Positions 43,048 to 51,761 of a stretch of 64,000 nt of DNA are shown one piece after another (the first letter of the stretch is position 1; the number at the start of each line of letters is the position of its first letter). The stretch comes from Candidatus Woesearchaeota archaeon (GTDB lineage Archaea > Nanobdellota > Nanobdellia > Pacearchaeales > GW2011-AR1), in the NCBI GenBank assembly GCA_964623495.1, contig CAZUTV010000002.1:18789-82788 (forward strand), read 5' to 3'. Both the position numbers and the translations under genes were made by a program. Below the pieces are notes generated by a model. It was given only the letters and a program-made list of their open reading frames with translations, made no database searches and had not been told where the DNA came from.

Positions 43048-43887
43048 ATGGTTCAAGGGGTGATCTTTTTAGTTGTTATTGGTTTGCTTTGGGTTTGTTT
43101 TGCAAGCATACAGGATCTTAGGAAAAGAGAGGTTGCAAATTGGATTAGCTTTTCGTTAATTGTTTTTGCGCTTGGGTTTAGGTTCTTTTATTCTTTATTC
43201 GATGAAACGTGGGGCTTTTTCCTTCAAGGACTTATTGGGTTTGGGATATTCTTTGCTTTGGGAAATTTAATGTACTATGGAAGATTATTTGCCGGAGGAG
43301 ACGCGAAGCTTATGATCGCTCTTGGAGCTGTTTTGCCGTTTTCACTAAGCTTTTATTCTAATCTTAAGGTGTTTTTTCTTTTTTTAATCTTATTTTTGTT
43401 TGTGGGAGCAGTTTACGGTGTTGTCAGCGCTGTTTTTCTTAGCCTGAAAAATTTTAATAGCTTTAAGAATGGGTTTTTCAAAATTTGGAAGGAGAAAAAA
43501 AGGCTCTCTTATCTTATAATGGTTTTGGGGTTGGTTTTTATGGTTTTGGGATTTTTACAAAGTGTCTTTTTATACTTTGGAGTATTGGTTTTTGTTTTTC
43601 CCTACCTTTATTACTATGCTAAAGCCGTCGATGAATTTTGCATGGTTAAGAATACCAAGGTTTCTGCGTTAACAGAAGGGGATTGGCTTTATGGGAGAAT
43701 TAAGGTCGGAAAAAAACTTATTGGGCCTAGCTGGGAAGGGCTTAATTCTAAGGACATTCAACTTATAAAGAAAAAATATAAGTATGTGAAGATAAAACAA
43801 GGAATTCCGTTTGTTCCTGTTTTCTTTATAGCGTTTTTAATACTTGTCTATCTCTGGTTTAGCGGATTATGGAATGCGTTTTGGTAG
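43048..43887 (+). CDS. Prepilin/preflagellin peptidase (A24 family, PibD/FlaK-like)
   Basis: 279-aa polytopic membrane protein. The first catalytic Asp context is ASIQDLRKREV and the second is GGDAKLM (the GGD[AV]KL signature). Confidence 0.75.
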   Translation: MVQGVIFLVVIGLLWVCFASIQDLRKREVANWISFSLIVFALGFRFFYSLFDETWGFFLQGLIGFGIFFALGNLMYYGRLFAGGDAKLMIALGAVLPFSLSFYSNLKVFFLFLILFLFVGAVYGVVSAVFLSLKNFNSFKNGFFKIWKEKKRLSYLIMVLGLVFMVLGFLQSVFLYFGVLVFVFPYLYYYAKAVDEFCMVKNTKVSALTEGDWLYGRIKVGKKLIGPSWEGLNSKDIQLIKKKYKYVKIKQGIPFVPVFFIAFLILVYLWFSGLWNAFW

Positions 43888-44481
43888 CCAGGTGTTTTTG
43901 CTTGTGATTCTCTGTTTTTTTGGTTTAGATTCTTTAGGTTTCTCCTCTTCTTTTGGCTTTTCTTCATACTCTTGAATTTTCTTTAGAAGGTCCTGAAGCT
44001 CTTCCGGATTTGCTTTGCTTTTTGGAGAGTCGATAGTCTCGTCTTTGTATACTGGAATGATATTGATTATTTCGTGGCCGAAGAGATCTGCGGCCTCAAC
44101 GAGAATGTTTTTTGGCTTTAATAATGACTTTAACTTAGAGGAAATTTTTTCGGTTAATTCAAATGGCTTCTTTGTTATGTCTTGGGTGTGTTCTTTTGGA
44201 ATTATTAGCGAATGGCCCCTTGATACGGGGTTTATTTCTAGGACTGCAATAGCTTTTTCATCTTCGTTAATGATGTAGGATGGGAGCTCTTTCTTTACTA
44301 TTGAACAGAAAATGCAAGATTGATTTTTTATGAGGTTGTTTTTTATTAAATACTCCTCTAGTTCTTGGGGATTCATTTCCTCTATTGTGTCTTTTAGAAG
44401 TTTCCTTTTCTCTTCTGGAAGATTCTCTAACTGCTGAAAGAGTTGTTTTTTTATGTTTTCTGCTTGCTGTGCGGATAACAT
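43867..44481 (-). CDS. HIT-family protein with N-terminal helical extension and K/E-rich tail
   Basis: 204 aa. CIFCSIV...GHSLIIPKEH is present, plus a degenerate triad region GHEIINIIP. Confidence 0.55.
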   Translation of the reverse strand: MLSAQQAENIKKQLFQQLENLPEEKRKLLKDTIEEMNPQELEEYLIKNNLIKNQSCIFCSIVKKELPSYIINEDEKAIAVLEINPVSRGHSLIIPKEHTQDITKKPFELTEKISSKLKSLLKPKNILVEAADLFGHEIINIIPVYKDETIDSPKSKANPEELQDLLKKIQEYEEKPKEEEKPKESKPKKQRITSKNTWLPKRIP

Positions 44482-44499
44482 CTCAAAATAAAGAAAGAA

Positions 44500-44715
44500 A
44501 TGCTTATAAACTTGTTTAACCTAATCCTCGTGGAGGTTAAAATGGGATTTGGAGGATTGATTGTGGCTGCAGTTGGCGCTGTTCTTGCTTATTTTAGCTA
44601 CAAAGGGGATATGCTTGTTATAGAGGGGTCTAATTATACACAGTATCTTTTTTGGGCAGGAATTGTTTTAGTGGTTTTGGGATTACTCTCTTTTTTTATA
44701 AGAAGCAGGAGATAG
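44500..44715 (+). CDS. Small two-TM membrane protein
   Basis: 71 aa with two hydrophobic helices. Confidence 0.35.
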   Translation: MLINLFNLILVEVKMGFGGLIVAAVGAVLAYFSYKGDMLVIEGSNYTQYLFWAGIVLVVLGLLSFFIRSRR

Positions 44716-44799
44716 TGGTTTATCCATTGGTGTTATGATTCTAAGCGTAGTAATCTTCTTGATAGGGGTAATGGGTTTTTTCATAAACGCAGAAGATAG

Positions 44800-45084
44800 T
44801 TAAGCAATTTTCCTCATATCAATGACTTGAACAGAGTTTACATCCTTAATTTTTCCTAATTCTTCTTCAAATTCTTCTAATGGAGATTCTTCTGGCCACT
44901 CAAAGAAAGCAATCAATGCTTTAAGCCCAAATGCGACTGGTTCTATAATATACTCTCTATTATATCCCTTGTTTTTTTCTACTAGGTCCTTTACTTCTTC
45001 TTCTATTTTATTTAAGTTTATGCTTGGAGAGGTTGGCATAATCTTTATCTTTACCCCCATAATGCCGCCAGTATTTTTTGTCAT
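44800..45084 (-). CDS. ef1b: Translation elongation factor aEF-1 beta
   Basis: The core GVKIKIMPTSPSINL...EPVAFGLKAL...VNSVQVIDMRKI aligns along its full length with archaeal EF-1 beta (about 90 aa). The likely true start is the internal Met at 45060 (MGVKIKIMP). Confidence 0.85.
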   Translation of the reverse strand: MTKNTGGIMGVKIKIMPTSPSINLNKIEEEVKDLVEKNKGYNREYIIEPVAFGLKALIAFFEWPEESPLEEFEEELGKIKDVNSVQVIDMRKIA

Positions 45085-45134
45085 ATTAAGATTTATTTAG
45101 AAGGGTTTATAAATTCTTAGTTTGTTTATTAATT

Positions 45135-45470
45135 ATGGCCTTGGTTTTAGCGGGTTTGTTGGTGATTTTATTTCTTATTTTAATTGGGGTTTTATGCTTT
45201 GTCTTCTGGCTTTTAATGTTAATTGATTCTATTACGAGGAAGTTTAAGGATAGCAGTGATAAAATAATCTGGGTTTTGGTGACTATTCTTGTAGGGATTA
45301 TTGGCGCTTTGATTTATTATTTTGTTGTTTACAATAAAGATCCAAAGAAATCTATGAAATGGTTTTGGTGGACTTTGCTCGTTTTAATTATCTTAGTAAT
45401 TCTTTCTGTGATCCTATTTGTATTAGTTAGTTCTCCTGCAGAATTTGGCCAGTTAAAGGGTATAGGGTAG
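45135..45470 (+). CDS. Small membrane protein (three TM helices)
   Basis: 111 aa and highly hydrophobic. Confidence 0.4.
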   Translation: MALVLAGLLVILFLILIGVLCFVFWLLMLIDSITRKFKDSSDKIIWVLVTILVGIIGALIYYFVVYNKDPKKSMKWFWWTLLVLIILVILSVILFVLVSSPAEFGQLKGIG

Positions 45471-45977
45471 TTATTTTTCTTTAATTTTGTAGAATATCGC
45501 AAATGAAGCTATGAAATAAACTAATAATGAAGCCATGGCTATTCTCTGATTGCCGGTTAGAACAGATATTGTCCCGAAAACTAAAGGCCCGGTTAACGCG
45601 GCTATTTTGTTTGCAAATCCATTAAATCCGAAAAATTGATTCAATTTCTTTTTCGGGATTATATCAATAAACCATGCTCTTGCAATTGATTGGCCAGATC
45701 CGACAACCATCCCAGTTAAGATAGCTATAACATAAAAGATTAATTTCGAATTTGCTAACGCGCTTGCTGAAACAATCACACACCAGATTGCTAAAGTGAC
45801 TAAAAGAATTTTCTTATGCCCTCTTTTGTCACCCAGCCAACCAAAAAATATTGTTGCTGGAAAAGCTATAATTTGAATTAGCAATAAAATTACCGCAATT
45901 TCTGGAATTGAAAATGAGAGGGTGTTTTTAGCATAAATAGATACGAATGCAAATAGGGTTGCCAAACCATCGTTCAT
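45471..45977 (-). CDS. MFS transporter, C-terminal half (split gene or pseudogene)
   Basis: 168 aa with about 5-6 TM helices. Together with 46039..46698 it makes a full MFS fold. The halves are separated by 61 nt containing a stop, a frame change and an A8 homopolymer. Confidence 0.55.
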   Translation of the reverse strand: MNDGLATLFAFVSIYAKNTLSFSIPEIAVILLLIQIIAFPATIFFGWLGDKRGHKKILLVTLAIWCVIVSASALANSKLIFYVIAILTGMVVGSGQSIARAWFIDIIPKKKLNQFFGFNGFANKIAALTGPLVFGTISVLTGNQRIAMASLLVYFIASFAIFYKIKEK

Positions 45978-46038
45978 AAGATAAAATGCTAATAAAAACC
46001 AAGTGATCTTTTTGTGTTTTTTTATTTGTTTTAGAGTT

Positions 46039-46698
46039 TTAAAAACAGAATTGAAGCCCTGCCTCAGTTTTTTTTAAAAAGGATTCTTGGGGCATGGCTT
46101 TTGTTTTTTCTTTTATAAAAATAAATAATGGGAGAGAAAATAAGAGAAATATCATTGCTGTTAAAGGAAAAGTTAAATTATGGGTGGACTGAGACTCATA
46201 AATTGGCTTTAATATAATCATTGAAAATATCCCCCCTAAATAGCCAAACGCATAGCCTAAGCCAGAGATTCTCCCTTTTGTTTCTTTTGTGGAAATTTGA
46301 TTTAGGAAGGAGTCATAAATGGTTTGTGAGACTTCCACGCAGAAATTTGTTGCCATAAATACCAGCATACTAAATACAAATAAATTTGGACCAGAGAAGT
46401 ACAACAAAAATGTCCCAATTATTGCAATTGTTGTAAATAAAACCAGCTTGTTTTTCTTTTTTTGATATTTGTCAGAAATAGCTCCAACTAATGGTGTTGT
46501 GACGCCTCCAAGAAAAATAGAAACACTTACCGCAAATCCCCACCAGAAATCTCCGTTTGAGGGGGCTATAACTTCTTTGAAATAAATTGAAAAAATGAAT
46601 GAGATGACAATTAGGAAATAAGAGGAGTTCGCAAAATCATAAAATGCCCAGGAAATTGCCTGTTTTTTATCAACGTCTTTGAAGAACTCGTTTAGCAT
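46039..46698 (-). CDS. MFS transporter, N-terminal half (split gene or pseudogene)
   Basis: 219 aa. The N-terminal WAFYDFANS signature is typical of the UMF1-type MFS family; 6 TM helices. Confidence 0.55.
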   Translation of the reverse strand: MLNEFFKDVDKKQAISWAFYDFANSSYFLIVISFIFSIYFKEVIAPSNGDFWWGFAVSVSIFLGGVTTPLVGAISDKYQKKKNKLVLFTTIAIIGTFLLYFSGPNLFVFSMLVFMATNFCVEVSQTIYDSFLNQISTKETKGRISGLGYAFGYLGGIFSMIILKPIYESQSTHNLTFPLTAMIFLLFSLPLFIFIKEKTKAMPQESFLKKTEAGLQFCF

Positions 46699-46780
46699 AC
46701 TAAATATTGTTTTATTCTGTTTAAATTATTATTCATTAGTTAACAACAATCCTTAAAAAAGGCATTTCTTTTTCAGTTTA

Positions 46781-47725
46781 ATGATTGATAATTATGAAAG
46801 AATCCTGGCTAAAATAGCCAAGATTTCCAAACTCGAAAAAGAGGAAGTGGAAAGGAGAATAGAGGCAAAGAGAGCAAAGCTTTCTGGGTTTATCAGCAAA
46901 GAGGGTGCTGCGCAGATTGTTGCAGCAGAGTTGGGGATAAGCTTTGACGGAGAGAAGCTTAAGATTGAAGAACTGCTTCCGGGAATGAGGAAGGTGAACG
47001 TTGTCGGAAAAATTATTAATATGTTTCCTGTTAGGTCTTTCACAACTAAAAAGGGCGAGGCCGGGAAAGTTGCGAACTTAGTTATTGCGGATGACACTTC
47101 TAATATTAAGGTGGTCTTATGGGATACCCACCATATTTCGATGATAGAGAGGGGGGAAATTTCTCCGGGAAGTGTTGTTGAGATCTTAAATGGAAGTATG
47201 AGGGATAATGAGGTCCATCTTGGAAGTTTTTCTGAGTTAAAAACAAGCAATTTAGTCTTTGATAGTATTGTTTTAGAAAAAGTCGCTAAGGAGAAGAAAC
47301 TTTCAGATATAAGAATTTCTGATTCTGCCATAGTCAGGGCATTTATTGTGCAAGCATTTGAACCCCGATTCTTTTACGTTTGTCCTAATTGCAGAAAGAA
47401 AGCAGTTTCTGGTGTAGATGGGTTTATCTGCGAAGAGCATGGAAAAGTTATCCCGGAAAAAAGGGCTTTAATGAATCTTGTTCTTGACGATGGTACAGAA
47501 ACTGTAAGAAGCGTTGTTTTTTCTGATGCCTTGCAGAGTTTAGGGTTAAGCAATTTAGAAAGTCCAGATGAAGTTATAAGCCAGATAAATTCCTTGCTTG
47601 GAAAAGAGCTCTTTTTTTTAGGAAACGTCAGGAATAATAAATTCTTCAATAATATGGAATTTATTATCGATGAGGTTAAGAATATAGATCTTGACGAAGT
47701 TATTACAAGACTAGAGAAACAATAA
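46781..47725 (+). CDS. Replication protein A (ssDNA-binding OB-fold protein with zinc ribbon)
   Basis: 314 aa. It has an N-terminal helical region, an OB fold (VNVVGKIINMFPVRSFTTKKGEAGKVANLVIADDTSNIKVVLWD) and a Cys4 zinc ribbon (CPNCRKK...CEEHG). Confidence 0.7.
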   Translation: MIDNYERILAKIAKISKLEKEEVERRIEAKRAKLSGFISKEGAAQIVAAELGISFDGEKLKIEELLPGMRKVNVVGKIINMFPVRSFTTKKGEAGKVANLVIADDTSNIKVVLWDTHHISMIERGEISPGSVVEILNGSMRDNEVHLGSFSELKTSNLVFDSIVLEKVAKEKKLSDIRISDSAIVRAFIVQAFEPRFFYVCPNCRKKAVSGVDGFICEEHGKVIPEKRALMNLVLDDGTETVRSVVFSDALQSLGLSNLESPDEVISQINSLLGKELFFLGNVRNNKFFNNMEFIIDEVKNIDLDEVITRLEKQ

Positions 47726-47759
47726 GCAAACTTTATAAGCTTGAATTCTGATTTATCCA

Positions 47760-48164
47760 ATGGCTAGAAGAAATTTTGTTAGAGTTTTAGGGTTTTTCCT
47801 TTTTCCTTTACTGGTTTTTCTCTTGGATATTGTTCTAAATTTTGTCTTTGATCTTGGAAAAACATTTCCTTCACAGGACATTCCTCTACATTTTTTAGGG
47901 GGGTTTTCAATAGCTTACTCTTTTGTCCTACTCCTGAATTTCTTTAAAGAAGAGAAATTGCTGGCACTTAATGCTAAGAGTATATTTATTTTAGTGATAG
48001 TCTCCCTGGTTTGTCTGGCTGCTGTTTTGTGGGAGTTTTATGAGTTTCTTATGTTCTTGATTTTTGAACTGAATATGCAGCCAAGTGTAAACGATATTGT
48101 CGGAGATTTGTTTTTTGGTTTTTTGGGAGGATTGGCAGGAAGTTTGGTTTTTAGGAAAGTTTAA
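47760..48164 (+). CDS. Membrane protein, hypothetical
   Basis: 134 aa with four hydrophobic helices. Confidence 0.4.
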   Translation: MARRNFVRVLGFFLFPLLVFLLDIVLNFVFDLGKTFPSQDIPLHFLGGFSIAYSFVLLLNFFKEEKLLALNAKSIFILVIVSLVCLAAVLWEFYEFLMFLIFELNMQPSVNDIVGDLFFGFLGGLAGSLVFRKV

Positions 48165-48185
48165 ATTTTAGGGATTTTTTGTTGT

Positions 48186-48644
48186 TTGATGATGCTGAAA
48201 ACTCACCTTGCAATAAGTATCTTGTTTATTCTTTTGCTAATTCTGGTGGTGAATAATCTATGGGTTTTTATTCCTGTTTGCTTGTTTGTAACAATACTTC
48301 CAGATATGGATTCTAGATTTTCTGCTCTTGGGAAGAAGCCTTTAGTAAGAATCTTTAATCTTTTTTCAAAGCATAGGGGATTCTTTCATAGCTATACCTT
48401 TTTGTTTTTAATAACTCTTGTTTTTGCATTATGCCTGCCTGTTGTGGCTTTTGGCTTCTTTTTGGGGTATGGATTGCACTTATTTGCTGACAGTTTTACT
48501 CATTATGGTATTGTGCCTTTTTGGCCGTGGAAAAAAGTTTTAAATGGAAGCTTAAAAACTGGCGGAAAGATAGAGAAGAGCTTGTTTGTGGCGATTCTCG
48601 TGGTTTTGTTTATGCTTATTTTATGGAGAACCCGGGTTATATAA
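48186..48644 (+). CDS. Membrane-bound metal-dependent hydrolase (DUF457/YdjM-like)
   Basis: 152 aa; the His-rich motifs HRGFFHS and HLFADSFTHYG lie within TM helices. Confidence 0.55.
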   Translation: MMMLKTHLAISILFILLLILVVNNLWVFIPVCLFVTILPDMDSRFSALGKKPLVRIFNLFSKHRGFFHSYTFLFLITLVFALCLPVVAFGFFLGYGLHLFADSFTHYGIVPFWPWKKVLNGSLKTGGKIEKSLFVAILVVLFMLILWRTRVI

Positions 48645-48690
48645 TATAAAGCATAAATCCTTAAAAACCCGATATTTTTATCTTCTTTGT

Positions 48691-49689
48691 ATGGCAAAAA
48701 AAAGTGATGATAAAGAGGAAAAAGAGGAAAAAGGAGCTGAACCTCAGCTTACCGACCTCCCTGGGATAGGTCCTGCGGTTGCTGCTAAACTTGAGTCTGC
48801 AGGAGTTTTTGACTTAATGTCTTTAGCGGTTATGTCTCCAAACGCTCTGGCAGACCTTGCTGGGGTTGGGGCAGCTGTTGCAAGAAAAGCAATTCAGGCT
48901 GCTAGGGAAATGCTTAATCTTGGATTTAGCGATGGTTTAGAATTTGCAGAAAGAAGAGCGAATATTTCTTATATAACTACTGGAAGCAAGAATTTAGATC
49001 AGTTGTTGGGCGGAAAAGGAGTCGAATCTAGGTCAATAACCGAGGCTTTTGGAGCCTACGGAAGCGGAAAAACTCAACTTGGTTTAACTTTGGCTGTGAA
49101 TGTTCAGCTTCCATTGGAGAAAGGAGGAGCTAATGGAAAGTGCGTTTTTATTGATACAGAAGGAACTTTTAGGCCTGCAAGAATAAAACAGATTGCAGAA
49201 GCAATGGGGGCTAATTCTGAAAAAGTTTTAAAAAATATTTTTGTTGCTCGGGCATTTAACTCAGATCATCAGATTTTATTGTTAGAGAAGGTTACTGAAA
49301 TGATAAAAGGTGGAGAACCGATAAAGCTAATGATTATTGATTCTTTGACCGCACATTTTAGGGCAGAGTTTACTGGAAGAGGCATGTTGGCAGATAGGCA
49401 GCAAAAATTGAACAAGTATATGCATGACCTAATGAGGCTCGCTGAAAGCCATAATCTTGCAGTTTATGTCACAAACCAGGTGATGGCAAATCCTGCGCAG
49501 ATGTTTGGAGATCCAACCACTGCAATTGGGGGGAATATTGTCGGACATGCGAGCACATATAGGATGTACTTAAGAAGAGGAAAAAAAGATTCAAGAGTTG
49601 CAAAACTTATTGATAGTCCCAACTTGCCTGATAATGAAACAATTTTCTTTTTGAGCGAGGCAGGGATTATTGATGGAGAGGGTGATTAA
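48691..49689 (+). CDS. radA: DNA repair and recombination protein RadA
   Basis: From the Met at 48691 (MAKKSDDKEE...). N-terminal HhH is LPGIGPAVAAKLESAG, Walker A is GAYGSGKTQ, and Walker B is LMIIDSL. The longer track ORF (from 48586) begins inside the upstream gene and encodes an implausible hydrophobic leader. Confidence 0.9.
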   Translation: MAKKSDDKEEKEEKGAEPQLTDLPGIGPAVAAKLESAGVFDLMSLAVMSPNALADLAGVGAAVARKAIQAAREMLNLGFSDGLEFAERRANISYITTGSKNLDQLLGGKGVESRSITEAFGAYGSGKTQLGLTLAVNVQLPLEKGGANGKCVFIDTEGTFRPARIKQIAEAMGANSEKVLKNIFVARAFNSDHQILLLEKVTEMIKGGEPIKLMIIDSLTAHFRAEFTGRGMLADRQQKLNKYMHDLMRLAESHNLAVYVTNQVMANPAQMFGDPTTAIGGNIVGHASTYRMYLRRGKKDSRVAKLIDSPNLPDNETIFFLSEAGIIDGEGD

Positions 49690-49933
49690 GATGGGGGGTT
49701 TACCTGTTCCAAGAGTGGAATATGTTGATGATGGGGATGGAACTTTTTTTTTGGCTTATGTTGATGAAAAGGGCAATAGAGGCGAGATTCAAAGAGGACT
49801 TAGTTTTTATCAATCCCACTCTTTTCACGTTTCTAAAGGGAGGGAGGTTCCATTAGTCAGAGTCGAAGATTTGATCAGAAGATGCGAAGTTGATGCGATT
49901 GCACAGGCCAATCATAGATTCCATAATGGTTAA
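49670..49933 (+). CDS. Small hypothetical protein
   Basis: 87-aa ORF overlapping the radA 3' end by 20 nt; no motif recognised. Confidence 0.35.
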   Translation: MMERVIKMGGLPVPRVEYVDDGDGTFFLAYVDEKGNRGEIQRGLSFYQSHSFHVSKGREVPLVRVEDLIRRCEVDAIAQANHRFHNG

Positions 49934-49936
49934 AAC

Positions 49937-51073
49937 ATGAAAAAGATAATAACCTCTGAAAGTGTGACTGAGGGGCATCCTGATAAAATTTGCGACCAGA
50001 TTTCTGATGCAATTTTAGACAATCTTATAGCGCAAGATCCTTATTCAAGAGTTGCTGTTGAAACTCTTGTGACTACTGGAAGTGTTCATGTTGCGGGAGA
50101 GATAACTACAAGAGGTTTTGCAGATATTCAAAAAATTGTAAGGGATGTTTTGAAAGATATTGGGTATACTGATCCTGCATTTGGAATTGATTGCGAAGAT
50201 GCAGGTGTATGGGTGTCGATTCACGGCCAATCTCCAGACATTGCAAAGGGCGTGGACAAGGAAGGTGCAGGAGATCAAGGAATGATGTATGGGTATGCAT
50301 GCAATGAAACTCCGGAATTAATGCCGTTGCCAATTGTCCTTGCACATAAATTAACCCGGAGACTTGCAGAAGCCAGGAAGAGTGGTGAGATAATAAGTAT
50401 AGGTCCCGATGGGAAAAGCCAGGTTAGTGTTGAATACGAAAATGATAAACCTAAGAGAATAGAAGCAATTGTAATTGCACAGCAACATAAAGACGGGATT
50501 CCTGAAGAAGATTTAAAAAAGGATATTTTGGCAAAGATTGTAAAACCAATTTGCGAAGCTCTTATTGATTCTAACACCAAGATCCATATTAATGCTACAG
50601 GGGCATTCACTATTGGTGGGCCAGAAGGAGATACGGGGGTCACTGGAAGAAAAATAATTGTGGATACTTATGGGGGGGTTGGAAGACACGGAGGAGGCGC
50701 TTTTTCTGGTAAAGATCCAACAAAAGTAGATCGGTCTGGAGCTTACATGGCAAGATATATTGCAAAGAATATTGTTGCCTCAGGACTTGCTGATAAATGT
50801 GAAGTTGCTCTAAGCTATGCTATAGGTGTTTCAGAGCCGACATCTGTGGATGTTAATTGTTTTGGAACAGCAAAAATAGATGAAGAAAAAATTTCTGAAT
50901 TAGTAAGAAGAAATTTTAAGCTAACGCCAAAGGGAATTATAGAGAGTTTGGATTTAAGGAAGCCCATCTATAGGCAGACTGCCGCTTACGGTCATTTTGG
51001 AAGGAGTGGGTTTGACTTTAGTTGGGAGAGGACAGACAAAGCTGAAATTTTAAGAAGAGAAGCTGGAATTTAA
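49937..51073 (+). CDS. metK: S-adenosylmethionine synthetase, bacterial/eukaryotic (MetK) type
   Basis: 378 aa; the N-terminal [24 protein letters not shown] and [16 protein letters not shown] blocks are hallmark MetK. Confidence 0.92.
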   Translation: MKKIITSESVTEGHPDKICDQISDAILDNLIAQDPYSRVAVETLVTTGSVHVAGEITTRGFADIQKIVRDVLKDIGYTDPAFGIDCEDAGVWVSIHGQSPDIAKGVDKEGAGDQGMMYGYACNETPELMPLPIVLAHKLTRRLAEARKSGEIISIGPDGKSQVSVEYENDKPKRIEAIVIAQQHKDGIPEEDLKKDILAKIVKPICEALIDSNTKIHINATGAFTIGGPEGDTGVTGRKIIVDTYGGVGRHGGGAFSGKDPTKVDRSGAYMARYIAKNIVASGLADKCEVALSYAIGVSEPTSVDVNCFGTAKIDEEKISELVRRNFKLTPKGIIESLDLRKPIYRQTAAYGHFGRSGFDFSWERTDKAEILRREAGI

Positions 51074-51651
51074 AAGAAGTCATGAATTGTATTGTAAGAA
51101 TGAATATCTTCTTTATTGAACCAGTGAGCTATTTCGTATTCTGCTTCTTCCTTGTTTCCGGAAGCATGAATTAGGTTTCTTACAGCTCTTTTTCTCATGT
51201 TTGCTAAATCTGGAGAGTCTATTGAAAAATCTCCTCTAATTGTTCCTGGTTCTGCAAATGCAGGGACTGTTTGTCCAACTATTTTTCTTACCATTTTTAT
51301 TGAATGTAGTCCCTCAACAACCATCTTTATTATTGGGCCAGAAGTCATAAAATCAACCAGCCACTCTCTGACTTTTAAGCCTATCTCGTAAGGATCTTCT
51401 GTTCCGTAATCCTCAAGTAGAGTTGTTTGGATTTCAAACTCTTTGTATCCTTTAACTGTATTGTTTCCAAGGCCTGTGATCCATTCTTTGTTTTTTGGAT
51501 AGTGATTGCTGATTTGCTCTCTTGTGGGGAGAGTCATTTGCAGTGCAACTACTTTTAATCCTCGTGCTTCGAATCTTCTTATTATCTCTCCGATTAAGTG
51601 TCTTTTAACACCATCTGGTTTGATTAATACCAGGGTTCTTTCCCTTTCCAT
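51070..51651 (-). CDS. ndk: Nucleoside diphosphate kinase (with internal insertion)
   Basis: 193 aa; [35 protein letters not shown] and the active-site region NLIHASG. An insertion of about 40 aa makes it longer than the typical 150 aa. Confidence 0.8.
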   Translation of the reverse strand: MERERTLVLIKPDGVKRHLIGEIIRRFEARGLKVVALQMTLPTREQISNHYPKNKEWITGLGNNTVKGYKEFEIQTTLLEDYGTEDPYEIGLKVREWLVDFMTSGPIIKMVVEGLHSIKMVRKIVGQTVPAFAEPGTIRGDFSIDSPDLANMRKRAVRNLIHASGNKEEAEYEIAHWFNKEDIHSYNTIHDFF

Positions 51652-51761
51652 AATGACGATGAATTATTTTAATTTATAAATTTTGCTGTATTTTGATACT
51701 AGTTTCATCTTTTTCTAGAAAACATTTATAAAGTTGAATTCCGTGAAAAAATTGTTAAAAG

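Noticed and set aside
48586-48690. Long RadA start at 48586 (MWRFSWFCLCLFYGEPGLY...)
   Set aside because: The extension overlaps the upstream membrane-protein gene and encodes an implausible hydrophobic leader. The Met at 48691 gives a canonical RadA N-terminus (MAKKSDDKEE... then the HhH).
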